From the NCBI GenBank assembly GCA_045592225.1, contig JAZNUH010000041.1, forward strand, positions 1 to 44,729: 44,729 nucleotides of DNA. Direction: 5' to 3'. The notes under the pieces are model-generated. The model did not search any database, was not told where the DNA came from, and saw only the letters and a program-made list of their open reading frames with translations. The DNA comes from Clostridia bacterium. GTDB lineage: Bacteria; Bacillota; Clostridia; UMGS1883; UMGS1540. Positions 32,927-42,974 of the stretch are shown here, in pieces. The stretch's first letter is position 1. Each line of letters begins with the position of its first letter. The position numbers and the translations under genes are program-made.

Positions 32927-34708
32927 TTATTTTACCATTGTCCATACAAGCATATCTGTAGCTTCGCGGTTTGCAAAAGCAAAATATGGTATGAGTCGTG
33001 AGGCGAATGGAGTGCGCTCGTTACTTTTAACAGAGTAAAGCTTAGTACTGTCGGGGCGACGCTGGGCGTCAATATAAATTACCGGTGCAGGGATACCGTC
33101 TTCTTTAGCAATACGGATATTGCCATTTTCCAGTAAAGTAATATCGCGAAGGTTTTCGCCATTATCTATTCCCTCCATACAATAAACAATAGGACCACGC
33201 TGTACTGCGTATCTTCCCGAATTATCCTGCGCGTAAGGGTTTGCCTCGATAAAGTGGACAGCCATGGGAAGGTCAATGACAATACTGTCACCGTCGGTAA
33301 GTTTAAAGTGTGCAAATCCCTTTTCTGTTTCGCCTTTGTATTCTACGCACCATTCGGGTATTCTTACGCACAGTGTTACAGGTTCACCCTTGTAATCAAA
33401 CTTTATTTTACCGCTGTAGGGATAATCGGTGGTCTGTGTCAAAACGGCATCCTTACCGTCTACTTCAAATTTTGTTTCACTCTCTGCAAATTGGTTGCAG
33501 TAGATTGCAGAGCCGTCAACTGTGTACATATAGCGGGGTACAGATGCAAGCATCCTTACAACATTGGGCGGGCAACAGGAACAGTCAAATACCTTTACTC
33601 TCTCACATATAGGCTGGAACGTGCTTCTCTGATACTTTTTGCGGTCAATTTCCAACGGATTTGTATAGAAGAATTTATCACCGCTTAATGACACGCCTGA
33701 AATAAATCCGTTGTAGTATATGCGTTCTATCACATCGGCATAGCGTGAATTAACCTCTGTTTCCTGCATAGCTCCCGCAAACATTGCAAGGGCAATGGCA
33801 GCGCAGGTTTCGTTATAGGTGTCGCTGCTGGGCAGGTCATAATCATAAGAAAATCTTTCCAACACGTGCTCTGCACCTATTCCGCCGGTAATGCTCATTT
33901 TTTTGTTTGTAATGCTGTCAAATAATCTGTCACAGGCAGCCTTTAATGTTTCATCATTATCCTGTTTTGCAAGCATAGCCATGGCAGTATAAAGATAGCA
34001 GGCTCTTACAGCATGCCCCACAGGCTCGGAGGCTTCGCGTACAGGGAGATTTGACTGAATTTGTATGTGCTTTTCTTCTTGTTCATTATTACCTCTTTGG
34101 TCAATGAAAAATCTCGCAAGCTGCAGGTGCTTTTCATTTCCGAGATATTCATACAGCTTGAGCAAGGCAAGCTCTATTTCCTCGTGCCCGGGTGTTACAA
34201 AGTTGGCACTTTTTTCTTCAATAAAGGTGCGGTATATCATATCGGTATATTTAAGGAGGCAATTTAAAAATTTATCCTTACCTGTTGCTTTATGATAAGC
34301 GATTGCCGCCTCAATAGCATGGCCCGCACAGTAAAGCTCGTGCCAGTCGCGGTTTGTAAATATTTTTGAAGGTTCAACTGTCAGAAAGTATGAATTGAAA
34401 TATCCGTCCTCACGCTGATTTTTTGCAATATCATCTATCATTTCATCAACCAGGACTTCAAGCTCGGGCATGGGGGATACCTGGATAAGATATGCAACCC
34501 CTTCCATCCACTTTACAACATCAGAATCCCAGTATATATGCGGCTTACCCGGCATTCCTTCGCGCCAGTTACATTTTAAGGCATCAAATCTGCTGGTTTC
34601 TTTAAATCGGTCATACACGGCTTTTGCGGTAACGTTTCTGTCTAATTTTTCATAAAACTCCCAAAATCCGCCTTTTATTTTTGTGTTTTCAAAATTAAGG
34701 TTCTTCAT
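32927..34708 (-). CDS. glycoside hydrolase family 127 (beta-L-arabinofuranosidase-like, DUF1680)
   Basis: GHAVRACYLY, and the Cys-cluster region FDCSCCPPNVVR that is typical of GH127. The start is ATG 34708. Confidence 0.85.
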   Translation of the reverse strand: MKNLNFENTKIKGGFWEFYEKLDRNVTAKAVYDRFKETSRFDALKCNWREGMPGKPHIYWDSDVVKWMEGVAYLIQVSPMPELEVLVDEMIDDIAKNQREDGYFNSYFLTVEPSKIFTNRDWHELYCAGHAIEAAIAYHKATGKDKFLNCLLKYTDMIYRTFIEEKSANFVTPGHEEIELALLKLYEYLGNEKHLQLARFFIDQRGNNEQEEKHIQIQSNLPVREASEPVGHAVRACYLYTAMAMLAKQDNDETLKAACDRLFDSITNKKMSITGGIGAEHVLERFSYDYDLPSSDTYNETCAAIALAMFAGAMQETEVNSRYADVIERIYYNGFISGVSLSGDKFFYTNPLEIDRKKYQRSTFQPICERVKVFDCSCCPPNVVRMLASVPRYMYTVDGSAIYCNQFAESETKFEVDGKDAVLTQTTDYPYSGKIKFDYKGEPVTLCVRIPEWCVEYKGETEKGFAHFKLTDGDSIVIDLPMAVHFIEANPYAQDNSGRYAVQRGPIVYCMEGIDNGENLRDITLLENGNIRIAKEDGIPAPVIYIDAQRRPDSTKLYSVKSNERTPFASRLIPYFAFANREATDMLVWTMVK

Positions 34709-34829
34709 AACAGATGTTCCTTTCGCAAAGGGTAATTGACACAAAACAGTCTTCGTGTTAAAATTATAATAACCAATATAAAGATTAAATGCAACCTCAA
34801 AATACACATATTAGGAGCAAAAATACGAC

Positions 34830-35591
34830 ATGTTTGAAAATGTAAAATACATAAGTTGCGGAAACTTTATTTCAGACGGGGAGTGGATACACCCTGACCG
34901 ATGTATAGATTCTTACGAAATTATATATGTTACCAGAGGCAGTATATATATAAATGAAAATGGTACAGACTATGTAATAGGAAAACAGGAATTTTTAATT
35001 CTGGAGCCGGGTGTCCGTCATTACGGGTATAAGCACAGCTCGAATGTTGAATTTATGTGGCTGCATTGGTCGGGCAAGGTAAACACATCACAGCAGGTTA
35101 AGCATTCTAAAGTTATAAATAACTATGAATTTATGCTTTTTTTCAAACAACTGTTACACAACCGCCTGAAAAAAAGTCTTGATGAAAGCTTTGATTATTT
35201 GACAAGACTTGTTCTGGGTGAAGTTTATTCGGGTAATACCGGCTTTGAAACAAATACCCTTGCAGAAAATGTTGCCTTGTGGATAAGTGCAAATAACAGT
35301 AAGGCTCTTTCTGCCAAAAAGGTTTCAGACCATTTCGGATATAATGCAGATTACCTGTGCAGAGTGTTCAGCAGGTGCTATAACAAGAGCATAAAACAAT
35401 ATATTGATGAAGAAAGAATTAAATTTATTAAAAAGCTTATGCTCAACGAAAAGCTGACATTGAGAGAAATTGCCAAAACAGCGGGCTTTGAAGAATATAA
35501 GTATTTCCTGAAATTTTTTAAATACCACGAGGGCTTTACCCCGACAGAGTTTAAAAAACTGTATGCCAATGTATATATAAATACGCGTTAA
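34830..35591 (+). CDS. AraC-family transcriptional regulator
   Basis: A cupin-like N-domain and the HTH FEEYKYFLKFFKYHEGFTPTEFKK. It is divergent from the GH127 gene. Confidence 0.85.
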   Translation: MFENVKYISCGNFISDGEWIHPDRCIDSYEIIYVTRGSIYINENGTDYVIGKQEFLILEPGVRHYGYKHSSNVEFMWLHWSGKVNTSQQVKHSKVINNYEFMLFFKQLLHNRLKKSLDESFDYLTRLVLGEVYSGNTGFETNTLAENVALWISANNSKALSAKKVSDHFGYNADYLCRVFSRCYNKSIKQYIDEERIKFIKKLMLNEKLTLREIAKTAGFEEYKYFLKFFKYHEGFTPTEFKKLYANVYINTR

Positions 35592-35745
35592 TTATCAAAA
35601 TGCCTGTTTGTAAATTATTACCTTATAGATCATATATTTGACAAGTAATTTTAAACATGCTACAATTCATTTGGTTGTATGGAGAGGTTAAAACTGAATT
35701 GACTATAAAACACATTATAAGTAAAAAGGAGAATATGAATACATT

Positions 35746-38028
35746 ATGAAATTTTCGAAGGGTTTACTTATTATTCTATTAATATTTTTAAGTCTATTAT
35801 ATTGCATCACCATATATGCATATTCGCCTAGAATTGATGAGTCTACTGATTCTCCAGCATCATCTAATTTATATTATATACATACAAGTTATGGCGGTTT
35901 AAATGAATGCATACCGATTTCGGGGTCCTCTGTCCTGCCTAATTGTGTAGGATATGCATGGGGACGAGCATATGAGATGTTAGGATCGCGTCCAAACCTA
36001 TGCAAACAAAACGCAGAATTATGGTTTGATTACAATAAAAATAATGGTTTCTACGAATATGGTACAATACCAGCACTAGGAGCAATCGCTGTTTGGAGTG
36101 ACGGTGTAATAGGAAATGCAAATGATGGTGCAGGTCACGTTGCAGTTGTAGAAGAAATAAACGGAGACACCGTCATTACTTCTGAATCTGCATATGGAGG
36201 CAAACGTTTTTTTACTACAACAAGAAATACTACTCACACAAGATTTAGTGAAAGTGAGTATTATGATGCATATGATTCAAATGAAAACAAAATTAAATGT
36301 GGTCCTCGAAAATTTTTGGGATTTATATATGTTTGTGGTAAAGTAACATCGTCTGTGCCGTCTGCCCCAAGCAATGTCAAAACCGAAGTATCAGGGTCTA
36401 AAGTGACTGTCACATGGTCAATAGCAGAAAATGCATCAAGTTATGATGTTTATATTGTTGAATCTCCGTGGGGGTGGGAAAATATAATCTCGAGTACAAG
36501 CACCACTGCATTGCAGCATACTTTTACTTTAAACAAAGGTGGAAGCTTTTCAGCTTTTGTAATTGCTAAAAACGGCCGTATTCAAAGTTCCCAAAGCAAA
36601 TGGTCCCCTTTTAGTATCAATTCAACAGTTCCGGAGAAACCAATCATAAATGGCACATTCCCAAGATATTCTACCGTTGACAAAAGTATAAAAATTTCAT
36701 GGGATGAGGTTGCCAACACAGAACAATATGAATACTTTTTATGCAGATATCCTGTAGGATATGCTTATTCGTCTAATGACAGACATGGTACAACCAAGAA
36801 AAATTCTATCACTTTCTCCAATTTACCTGCTGGAGAATATACTTTTTTCCTACACGCAGTAAATGGCTTTGGCAGAAGTCATAAAAGTTCATATAAAACT
36901 ATAATTATAGATGATATTGATTATGTTCCAATAAACACCACTATATGGAACAAACATATTTATGTATTATATGATAATGTTTTAGAATGGAAGTATGCTG
37001 AGAAATTATCAAAAAAAATAGGTGGACACCTCGTAACAATTGAGTCGAGTCAAGAAAATCAAGTAGTTAAAGAGCTGATTCAAAAAGGCAACCATGCTTA
37101 TTATTGGATTGGTATGCGTTCAAAAGATCCTTATAATAACGATAATACTTTCTATTGGAGTAATCAAGAGACAGTATCATATACAAATTGGGCGAACAAC
37201 GAACCGAGTAGTTCTGGGGAAAAAAGAAGCAAAGAGGGATTTGCACATATGTACAAAAATTCTGGAAAATGGAATGATGTTGCAAATGTATGCTCCTATA
37301 ACATTGGATTTGTTGTAGAAATAGACATGGATAACATTAAACCATCTACAGAAATACATATTGGAAACAAACGATATATAAAATATGATTATTCTCTCAC
37401 TTGGACAGAAGCAAATAGCTTTTGCAATGCAATAGGTGGACAATTAGCAGTAATTAATACCGAAGAAGAATACCAGGCTCTTTGCGAATTGTTAGATTCT
37501 ACCGATGATACAGAAAAAACTTGGTTTTTTGTGGGAGCAAAAAGAGATGACAATAAGCCATTTTATTGGATAGATGGAAGTAACATATCTAATGTTATAA
37601 CCGAAGAACGGCGAGCAAGCTATGGTTTGAATTACGAATCTACTTACAACTATATGATGATGTATAAATCGGATAAAAAATTTGCTAATCTTGCAAATTA
37701 CTACAAAGTTGATGATGACATGAATAATTTGGGATTCATATGTGAAATTCAAAAACCTTACACTCAAAGTGAGGTGTTAAAAAATGGTAATAATTATATT
37801 GTAAATACTACGGCATACAACATTAATCAAGGAGATATTATAGTTTCTGCATTCCGTAATGAAAGGCTCATTGGTATAAAGAAGCAAAAATCAAATCAAT
37901 TTCCATTAACTTTTACTTTCGAAGGAAATATTGATACAATAAAAGTAATGACGTGGAAAAAATTAGGGTCTATTTCTCCTATCACAAAATGTGAAACAAT
38001 AACTTTTGAACAATTTATTACCCGATAG
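35746..38028 (+). CDS. secreted CHAP-domain protein with two Fn3-like and two C-type-lectin-like domains
   Basis: A signal/TM segment, then CHAP motifs NCVGYAWGRAYE and GHVAVVEEINGDTVITSES. Two roughly 90-aa Fn3-like repeats follow (PSAPSNV..., VPEKPII...). There are two CTLD signatures (W..AE......GGHLV/LAVI..EE......WIG......F.W......Y.NW...EP...........WND..C...GF.CEI). Confidence 0.75.
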   Translation: MKFSKGLLIILLIFLSLLYCITIYAYSPRIDESTDSPASSNLYYIHTSYGGLNECIPISGSSVLPNCVGYAWGRAYEMLGSRPNLCKQNAELWFDYNKNNGFYEYGTIPALGAIAVWSDGVIGNANDGAGHVAVVEEINGDTVITSESAYGGKRFFTTTRNTTHTRFSESEYYDAYDSNENKIKCGPRKFLGFIYVCGKVTSSVPSAPSNVKTEVSGSKVTVTWSIAENASSYDVYIVESPWGWENIISSTSTTALQHTFTLNKGGSFSAFVIAKNGRIQSSQSKWSPFSINSTVPEKPIINGTFPRYSTVDKSIKISWDEVANTEQYEYFLCRYPVGYAYSSNDRHGTTKKNSITFSNLPAGEYTFFLHAVNGFGRSHKSSYKTIIIDDIDYVPINTTIWNKHIYVLYDNVLEWKYAEKLSKKIGGHLVTIESSQENQVVKELIQKGNHAYYWIGMRSKDPYNNDNTFYWSNQETVSYTNWANNEPSSSGEKRSKEGFAHMYKNSGKWNDVANVCSYNIGFVVEIDMDNIKPSTEIHIGNKRYIKYDYSLTWTEANSFCNAIGGQLAVINTEEEYQALCELLDSTDDTEKTWFFVGAKRDDNKPFYWIDGSNISNVITEERRASYGLNYESTYNYMMMYKSDKKFANLANYYKVDDDMNNLGFICEIQKPYTQSEVLKNGNNYIVNTTAYNINQGDIIVSAFRNERLIGIKKQKSNQFPLTFTFEGNIDTIKVMTWKKLGSISPITKCETITFEQFITR

Positions 38029-38086
38029 AAAAAGTGTAAATGGAGACGTGCCTGATTTTGCACACTATTTGTACAGTTTGGGGACA

Positions 38087-38120
38087 GGGCAGTTTTTGTT
38101 ATTAAAACTGCCCTCCTTGT
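38087..38120. terminator. bidirectional terminator between the CHAP-lectin gene and spoIVB
   Basis: GGGCAGTTTT-TGTTATT-AAAACTGCCC: a 10-bp stem with T-rich flanks. Confidence 0.7.
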
Positions 38121-38121
38121 T

Positions 38122-39147
38122 TTAATTTATTTTCTCTGCTTCAGCTAGCATATTCTCGATGAATATTCCATAACCCCTCGTAGGGTCATTGACAAATACA
38201 TGTGTAACAGCACCAACAAGCTTTCCATTTTGTAAAATCGGCGAACCGCTCATCCCCTGCACAATACCGCCTGTTTTTTGAAGCAGGCGCGGGTCGGTGA
38301 TTTTTATGACAAGTCCTTTTGAATTTTTAATGTTTGATTTTATAATTCTTTGTATTTGTGCTTTATATGCTGTTACCTTGCCGTTGAGTGCATCCGAATA
38401 AATTAGAGCCTCACCCTCGCGGACTTCACCGGATAGGGCGACAGGCACGGCTTTACCTTGTGGAACTACGTTAAGCTTGCCGTAAATTCCGCTTGAAAGG
38501 TTTTTGCTTATATTGCCCGTATTATCCCCTGAAAAAGCACCCTGAAGCTCGCCCGGATATCCTCGTTTGCCCGAAACAACAGAGGAAATGGTGCAGTCGG
38601 TCACATAGCCTTCCTTTACACGAAGCAGGGAACCGGTATCGCTGTCCGACACACCGTGACCCAGGGCGCCGAATGCACCTGTTTTGGGGTCGGTAAAGGT
38701 GACGGTACCGATACCGGCGGCACTCTCTTTTACCCACACACCTATTTTGTAAAGGCAGGCATCATTATAATATACGGGTGTTATTTTTTTGGTAAGCTTT
38801 TGACCGCTTCGCATTATTTCCAGAGAAACAGGCTGACCTTTTGTGCTCTGGATATGCTCTGCCAGTTCATCCCCGCTTGAAAGCGGTTTTCCGTCAACGG
38901 CAGTTATTATATCCCCCTCATAAATACCGTTGTTTTTGCCGGGTGAATAATATTTACCGAAGGAAGAAATTTCGGAAAAGCCTACCACTAAAAGTCCGTC
39001 CGTATATAGCTTTATGCCCACTGTGTTACCGCCCGGGATGACCTTGTCAGCAAGTGCAGCTACCGACAGGGACAAGGTAAAGGACAGTATGGTGACAAGT
39101 AATAAGGAGATAAGAGTTTTAGTAAATTTTGAAAATTTAAAATTCAA
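38122..39147 (-). CDS. spoIVB: SpoIVB signalling serine peptidase (S55) with PDZ domain
   Basis: GTVTFTDPKTGAFGALGHGV and GMSGSPILQNGKLVGAVTHVFVNDPTRGYGIFIE. The start is TTG, preceded by AGGAG. Confidence 0.85.
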   Translation of the reverse strand: MNFKFSKFTKTLISLLLVTILSFTLSLSVAALADKVIPGGNTVGIKLYTDGLLVVGFSEISSFGKYYSPGKNNGIYEGDIITAVDGKPLSSGDELAEHIQSTKGQPVSLEIMRSGQKLTKKITPVYYNDACLYKIGVWVKESAAGIGTVTFTDPKTGAFGALGHGVSDSDTGSLLRVKEGYVTDCTISSVVSGKRGYPGELQGAFSGDNTGNISKNLSSGIYGKLNVVPQGKAVPVALSGEVREGEALIYSDALNGKVTAYKAQIQRIIKSNIKNSKGLVIKITDPRLLQKTGGIVQGMSGSPILQNGKLVGAVTHVFVNDPTRGYGIFIENMLAEAEKIN

Positions 39148-39205
39148 TATTGCTCACTCCTCTGAAATACTTTTTCCGCAAAGGAGTATATCTATACTGT
39201 AAGCT

Positions 39206-39484
39206 ATAGCCTTAACAACCAATACTTAAGACGCCTAAAATGGCGAATTTTAGGAATATTTCGGCTTGTCGTCCTTGAAAGGCGATTAGCCTTCCTGCGT
39301 CCTCCGCACCAAACTCTCCTCAAAAATTTATCCGTTTTAGGTCCTGTGGAGTTTTAAAATAATAAATTTTGTTTCAATCAAGGCAAAAACGCAGGGAATA
39401 TGGTAATATTTCCGAGGATTTTAACGATGAGTGAGGCGAAATTTACATTTCAAAACCGCCTTTAGTGTTGGTGGTTAAGGCTAT
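39206..39484. repeat. 279-nt element E2, closed by a 21-bp inverted repeat (same family as E1)
   Basis: ATAGCCTTAACAACCAATACT pairs with AGTGTTGGTGGTTAAGGCTAT (one mismatch, one T/G position). The blocks CGCCTAAA, GTTTTAGGTCCT, AGGCAAAAACGCAG and ATTTTAACGATG lie at offsets 26, 128, 175 and 212, against 26, 127, 174 and 211 in E1. Confidence 0.55.
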
Positions 39485-40246
39485 GTACTCGGACAATGAT
39501 TTAAAAATAAAGCCTTTGTTTTGAATTTCTGTAATTATTTTATAAAGTGCGGCGGCGTTATCCTTTGACACGGCATGCAAAAGAATAACTGCACCATTGT
39601 GCACCTTTGATGTAACCTGCTCAAAGGCATAATCAGCGCCCTTTTGATTATCGGTTTCCCAGTCCTTATAGGCAAAGCTCCAGAATACATTTGTATAGCC
39701 GAGATTATTTGCAATTGAAAGTGTTCTTTCGCTGTACTCACCCATGGGCGGGCGGAAAAATTTCATATTAACACCGAATTTTTCAAAAACCTCTTTGTGC
39801 AGCCCCATAATTTCATTTTGGACATCGGCATCATTTTTCGATGGCATAGACGGGTGATTTACGCTGTGATTGCCTACTGTGTGACCCTCGTCAATCATAC
39901 GCTTTACAAGGTCGGGATTTTTGTTTAAATAATCCGAGGTGATAAAAAATGCTGCCGTTACGTTACACTTTTTAAGTGTGTCCAGAATATCGGCGGTGTA
40001 TCCGTTTTCGTAGCCCTCGTCAAAGGTGAGATATACATAGGGTTGATTTTCACTGCCCATATAGATACAGTTGTACTTTTCCATTGTCTGAATTTGTCCT
40101 GTGGTAAATTCGGGACGTGCGCCTGCGACAGGACGAAAACCCCAGCCTGTGGCTGTATCGCCTGAAGTGCTTGTGGGAATTACAGTATCACTTTTTGAAC
40201 AAGCGGTAAGAAAAATGCAGATGAGAATAATAAAAAATTTTCGCAT
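39443..40246 (-). CDS. pdaA: delta-lactam-biosynthetic de-N-acetylase (polysaccharide deacetylase, PdaA-like lipoprotein)
   Basis: LTFDEGYENGYT, EGHTVGNHSVNHP and FWSFAYKDW..QKG are collinear with B. subtilis PdaA. Lipobox FLTAC. The start is ATG 40246. Confidence 0.85.
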   Translation of the reverse strand: MRKFFIILICIFLTACSKSDTVIPTSTSGDTATGWGFRPVAGARPEFTTGQIQTMEKYNCIYMGSENQPYVYLTFDEGYENGYTADILDTLKKCNVTAAFFITSDYLNKNPDLVKRMIDEGHTVGNHSVNHPSMPSKNDADVQNEIMGLHKEVFEKFGVNMKFFRPPMGEYSERTLSIANNLGYTNVFWSFAYKDWETDNQKGADYAFEQVTSKVHNGAVILLHAVSKDNAAALYKIITEIQNKGFIFKSLSEYIALTTNTKGGFEM

Positions 40247-40364
40247 ATAATTGTTCCTTTCATAATAATTACAAAACAAATATATGCAGTTTGATAAAAT
40301 AATTGACAAAAAAAGATAGCGGTGGTAAAATTACAGAACAAAACTAAAAAGACGGGATGAATTT

Positions 40365-40928
40365 ATGAGTTATTGGGAAATTGTCTTACTTGCGCTGGGT
40401 CTTTCTATGGATGCTTTTGCCGTGTCTATATGCAAGGGTCTGGCGGTTAAAAGAGCAGGAATTCGCGAAAGCGCGCTGACAGGACTATGGTTTGGCGGCT
40501 TTCAGGCGCTTATGCCTACAATAGGTTTTTTTCTCGGCACAACCTTCAGCAGTTACATAACAAAGTTTGACCATTGGGTTGCATTTATATTGCTGGGAAT
40601 TATAGGCGCAAATATGATAAAAGAATCTTTTTCGAAGGAAGAAAATGAAGAGGATGCCTCCTTTGCCTTTAAAACAATGCTTATGATGGCAATTGCAACG
40701 AGCATAGATGCTCTTGCGGTGGGTGTTACTTTTGCATTTTTGAATGTTAATTTGTGGCTGGCAGTGGCTACAATAGGCACAGTTACCTTTGCACTTTCAG
40801 CCATAGGCATAAAAGCCGGACACATATTCGGCACAAAATACAAAACAGGCGCAGAGCGCCTGGGTGGTATTATACTTATATGTATAGGAATAAAAATTTT
40901 AGTTGAGCATTTAATTCAGCACACCTGA
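40365..40928 (+). CDS. mntP: manganese efflux pump MntP
   Basis: LGLSMDAFAVSICKG, repeated as IATSIDALAVGVTF. 187 aa with 6 TM helices. The 3' end overlaps the recG 3' end by 18 nt (convergent genes). Confidence 0.85.
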   Translation: MSYWEIVLLALGLSMDAFAVSICKGLAVKRAGIRESALTGLWFGGFQALMPTIGFFLGTTFSSYITKFDHWVAFILLGIIGANMIKESFSKEENEEDASFAFKTMLMMAIATSIDALAVGVTFAFLNVNLWLAVATIGTVTFALSAIGIKAGHIFGTKYKTGAERLGGIILICIGIKILVEHLIQHT

Positions 40929-42935
40929 TTCGTTAAACATCTGTTCCACGCGTCTTTTAAGCGGTGCGTGAGCGGGAGCAGACAGGTCGGGGTCTGTGCT
41001 GATAAGCTTGTCCACCGCTTCACCTGCGGTTGACAGCATATTCATATCGGTAAAAATATTTGCTATTTTAAGCTCGGGAAGACCATGCTGACGTGTACCG
41101 AAAAATTCTCCGGGACCGCGCAGCTCAAGGTCTTTTTCTGCTATTTTAAAGCCGTCACAGGTTTGGGTCATGGTTTTCATACGTTCCTTTGCACTGTCTG
41201 ACTCGGAAAAAAGAATGCAGTATGACTTACCGCCGCCGCGCCCTACACGTCCGCGCAGCTGATGAAGCTGGGAAAGACCGAAGCGCTCGGCGTTTTCTAT
41301 TATCATTATACATGCGTTTTTAACGTCAACACCTACCTCAATAACGGTGGTGGACACAAGCACCTTTACCTCACCCGAGGTAAAGCGGGACATAATCTCT
41401 TCCTTTTCAGCGGCAGGCATTTTGCCGTGCAAAAAGGCAACATCACCGGGTGCAAAGTATTTGCTTTCAACTGCCTTTGCAAAATCTGTTACATTTTTAA
41501 GCTCGGTTTTATCGCTTTCTTCGACAAGGGGGCATACAATATATGCCTGCTTGCCCTCGTCGGTGTTTTTGCGGAGAAAACGGTAAACGCGGTCACGCAT
41601 ATCCTCGCCAACGGCAAAGGTATCAATTTTTTCTCTGCCGGGAGGCAGCTCGTCTATAACAGACAGGTCAAGGTCACCGTAAAGAATCAGTGAAAGGGTG
41701 CGGGGAATGGGTGTTGCGCTCATAACAAGCACATGAGGGTGCATACCCTTATCCGAAAGCGCTTTACGTTGTTTTACGCCAAAGCGGTGCTGTTCATCGG
41801 TTATAACCGCACCTAAGCGGAAAAATTCAACCTTTTTTTCTATAAGGGCGTGAGTGCCCACAATAATCTGTGCTCTTCCGTCGGCTATTTTGGCAAGTGC
41901 CTCGCGTTTTGCGGCGGTACCCAGATGAGCTGTGAGCAGAGTTACATCAAACATAGGGAAAAGCTTTTTAAGGTTTTTATAGTGCTGGGATGCCAGAATT
42001 TCGGTAGGTGCCATAATAACGCCCTGCATTTTGTTTTGCGTCGCGGCAAACAAAAGTGAAGCAGCAACGGCGGTTTTACCCGAGCCTACATCACCCTGTA
42101 AAAGGCGGTTCATAGGCACATCCCTTTTAATATCGGTATATATTTCATTTATAACTCTGCGCTGTGCACCGGTAGGTGTGAAGGGGAGCAGGGAAATAAA
42201 CTGCTCGGCTTTTGCTGAAAGCGGGATGGATGAAAGCACCTCTTTTTGTTTTTTTATAAGAGAAAGACCTGCGCGCATAAGGAAAAATTCCTCAAAGACA
42301 AGGCGACGCCTTGCAAGGGCGGCACTTTTAAAATCTTCGGGAAAATGAATGTTCTGCAGGGCATATTTTATCTCACAGAGAGAATAAGTCTTTCTTATTT
42401 CGGCAGGTATGGGGTCTTCAACCTCACAGAGAGCCGCATCAAGACAGGCACGCGCTGTTTCGGACAGTACCTTTTGCGTTACCGAAGCAGTAAGGGGGTA
42501 AACAGGCATGATTTTTCCAAGGGTATGCGCTTTGTCTGCCTGTTCAATAATGGGTGTTATTATTTCCTTTTTGCCGTATTTTACCGAAACACGCCCGAAA
42601 AGGGTGTATTCGGTTCCTGCTTTTACGGTATTCTTTATATAGGGGTTATTGTACCATACTCCTGTTATGCTGCCGGATTCATCCGAAAACACCATTGTGC
42701 TGACCGTGAGAGAGGAATTTATTCTGCGAATACTCATATGACCGCGCGCATATGCAGTAATACACACGTTATCTCCCTCGGTAAGCTCGGTTATTTTTTT
42801 GCTTTGGCTGCGGTCCTCAAAATCCCGCGGGAAATAGAAAAGCATATCGTACACCGAGTTGATACCCAGCTTTGACAATGCTTTCCGACGTGCAGGACCT
42901 ATACCTTTTATAACAGAAATATCTTCAAACAGCAT
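40911..42935 (-). CDS. recG: ATP-dependent DNA helicase RecG
   Basis: A wedge/OB N-domain, Walker A GDVGSGKT, DEQHRFG, and the TRG-region QLRGRVGRG. Confidence 0.95.
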   Translation of the reverse strand: MLFEDISVIKGIGPARRKALSKLGINSVYDMLFYFPRDFEDRSQSKKITELTEGDNVCITAYARGHMSIRRINSSLTVSTMVFSDESGSITGVWYNNPYIKNTVKAGTEYTLFGRVSVKYGKKEIITPIIEQADKAHTLGKIMPVYPLTASVTQKVLSETARACLDAALCEVEDPIPAEIRKTYSLCEIKYALQNIHFPEDFKSAALARRRLVFEEFFLMRAGLSLIKKQKEVLSSIPLSAKAEQFISLLPFTPTGAQRRVINEIYTDIKRDVPMNRLLQGDVGSGKTAVAASLLFAATQNKMQGVIMAPTEILASQHYKNLKKLFPMFDVTLLTAHLGTAAKREALAKIADGRAQIIVGTHALIEKKVEFFRLGAVITDEQHRFGVKQRKALSDKGMHPHVLVMSATPIPRTLSLILYGDLDLSVIDELPPGREKIDTFAVGEDMRDRVYRFLRKNTDEGKQAYIVCPLVEESDKTELKNVTDFAKAVESKYFAPGDVAFLHGKMPAAEKEEIMSRFTSGEVKVLVSTTVIEVGVDVKNACIMIIENAERFGLSQLHQLRGRVGRGGGKSYCILFSESDSAKERMKTMTQTCDGFKIAEKDLELRGPGEFFGTRQHGLPELKIANIFTDMNMLSTAGEAVDKLISTDPDLSAPAHAPLKRRVEQMFNESGVLN

Positions 42936-42974
42936 ATTTTATCACCTGATTTTTAATGTATCATTATTTTCGCA

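Noticed and set aside
40247-40364. A yybP-ykoY manganese riboswitch upstream of mntP.
   Set aside because: Only about 118 nt separate the divergent pdaA and mntP start codons, roughly the length of the riboswitch alone and leaving no room for both promoters, and I found no conserved yybP-ykoY core sequence in it.
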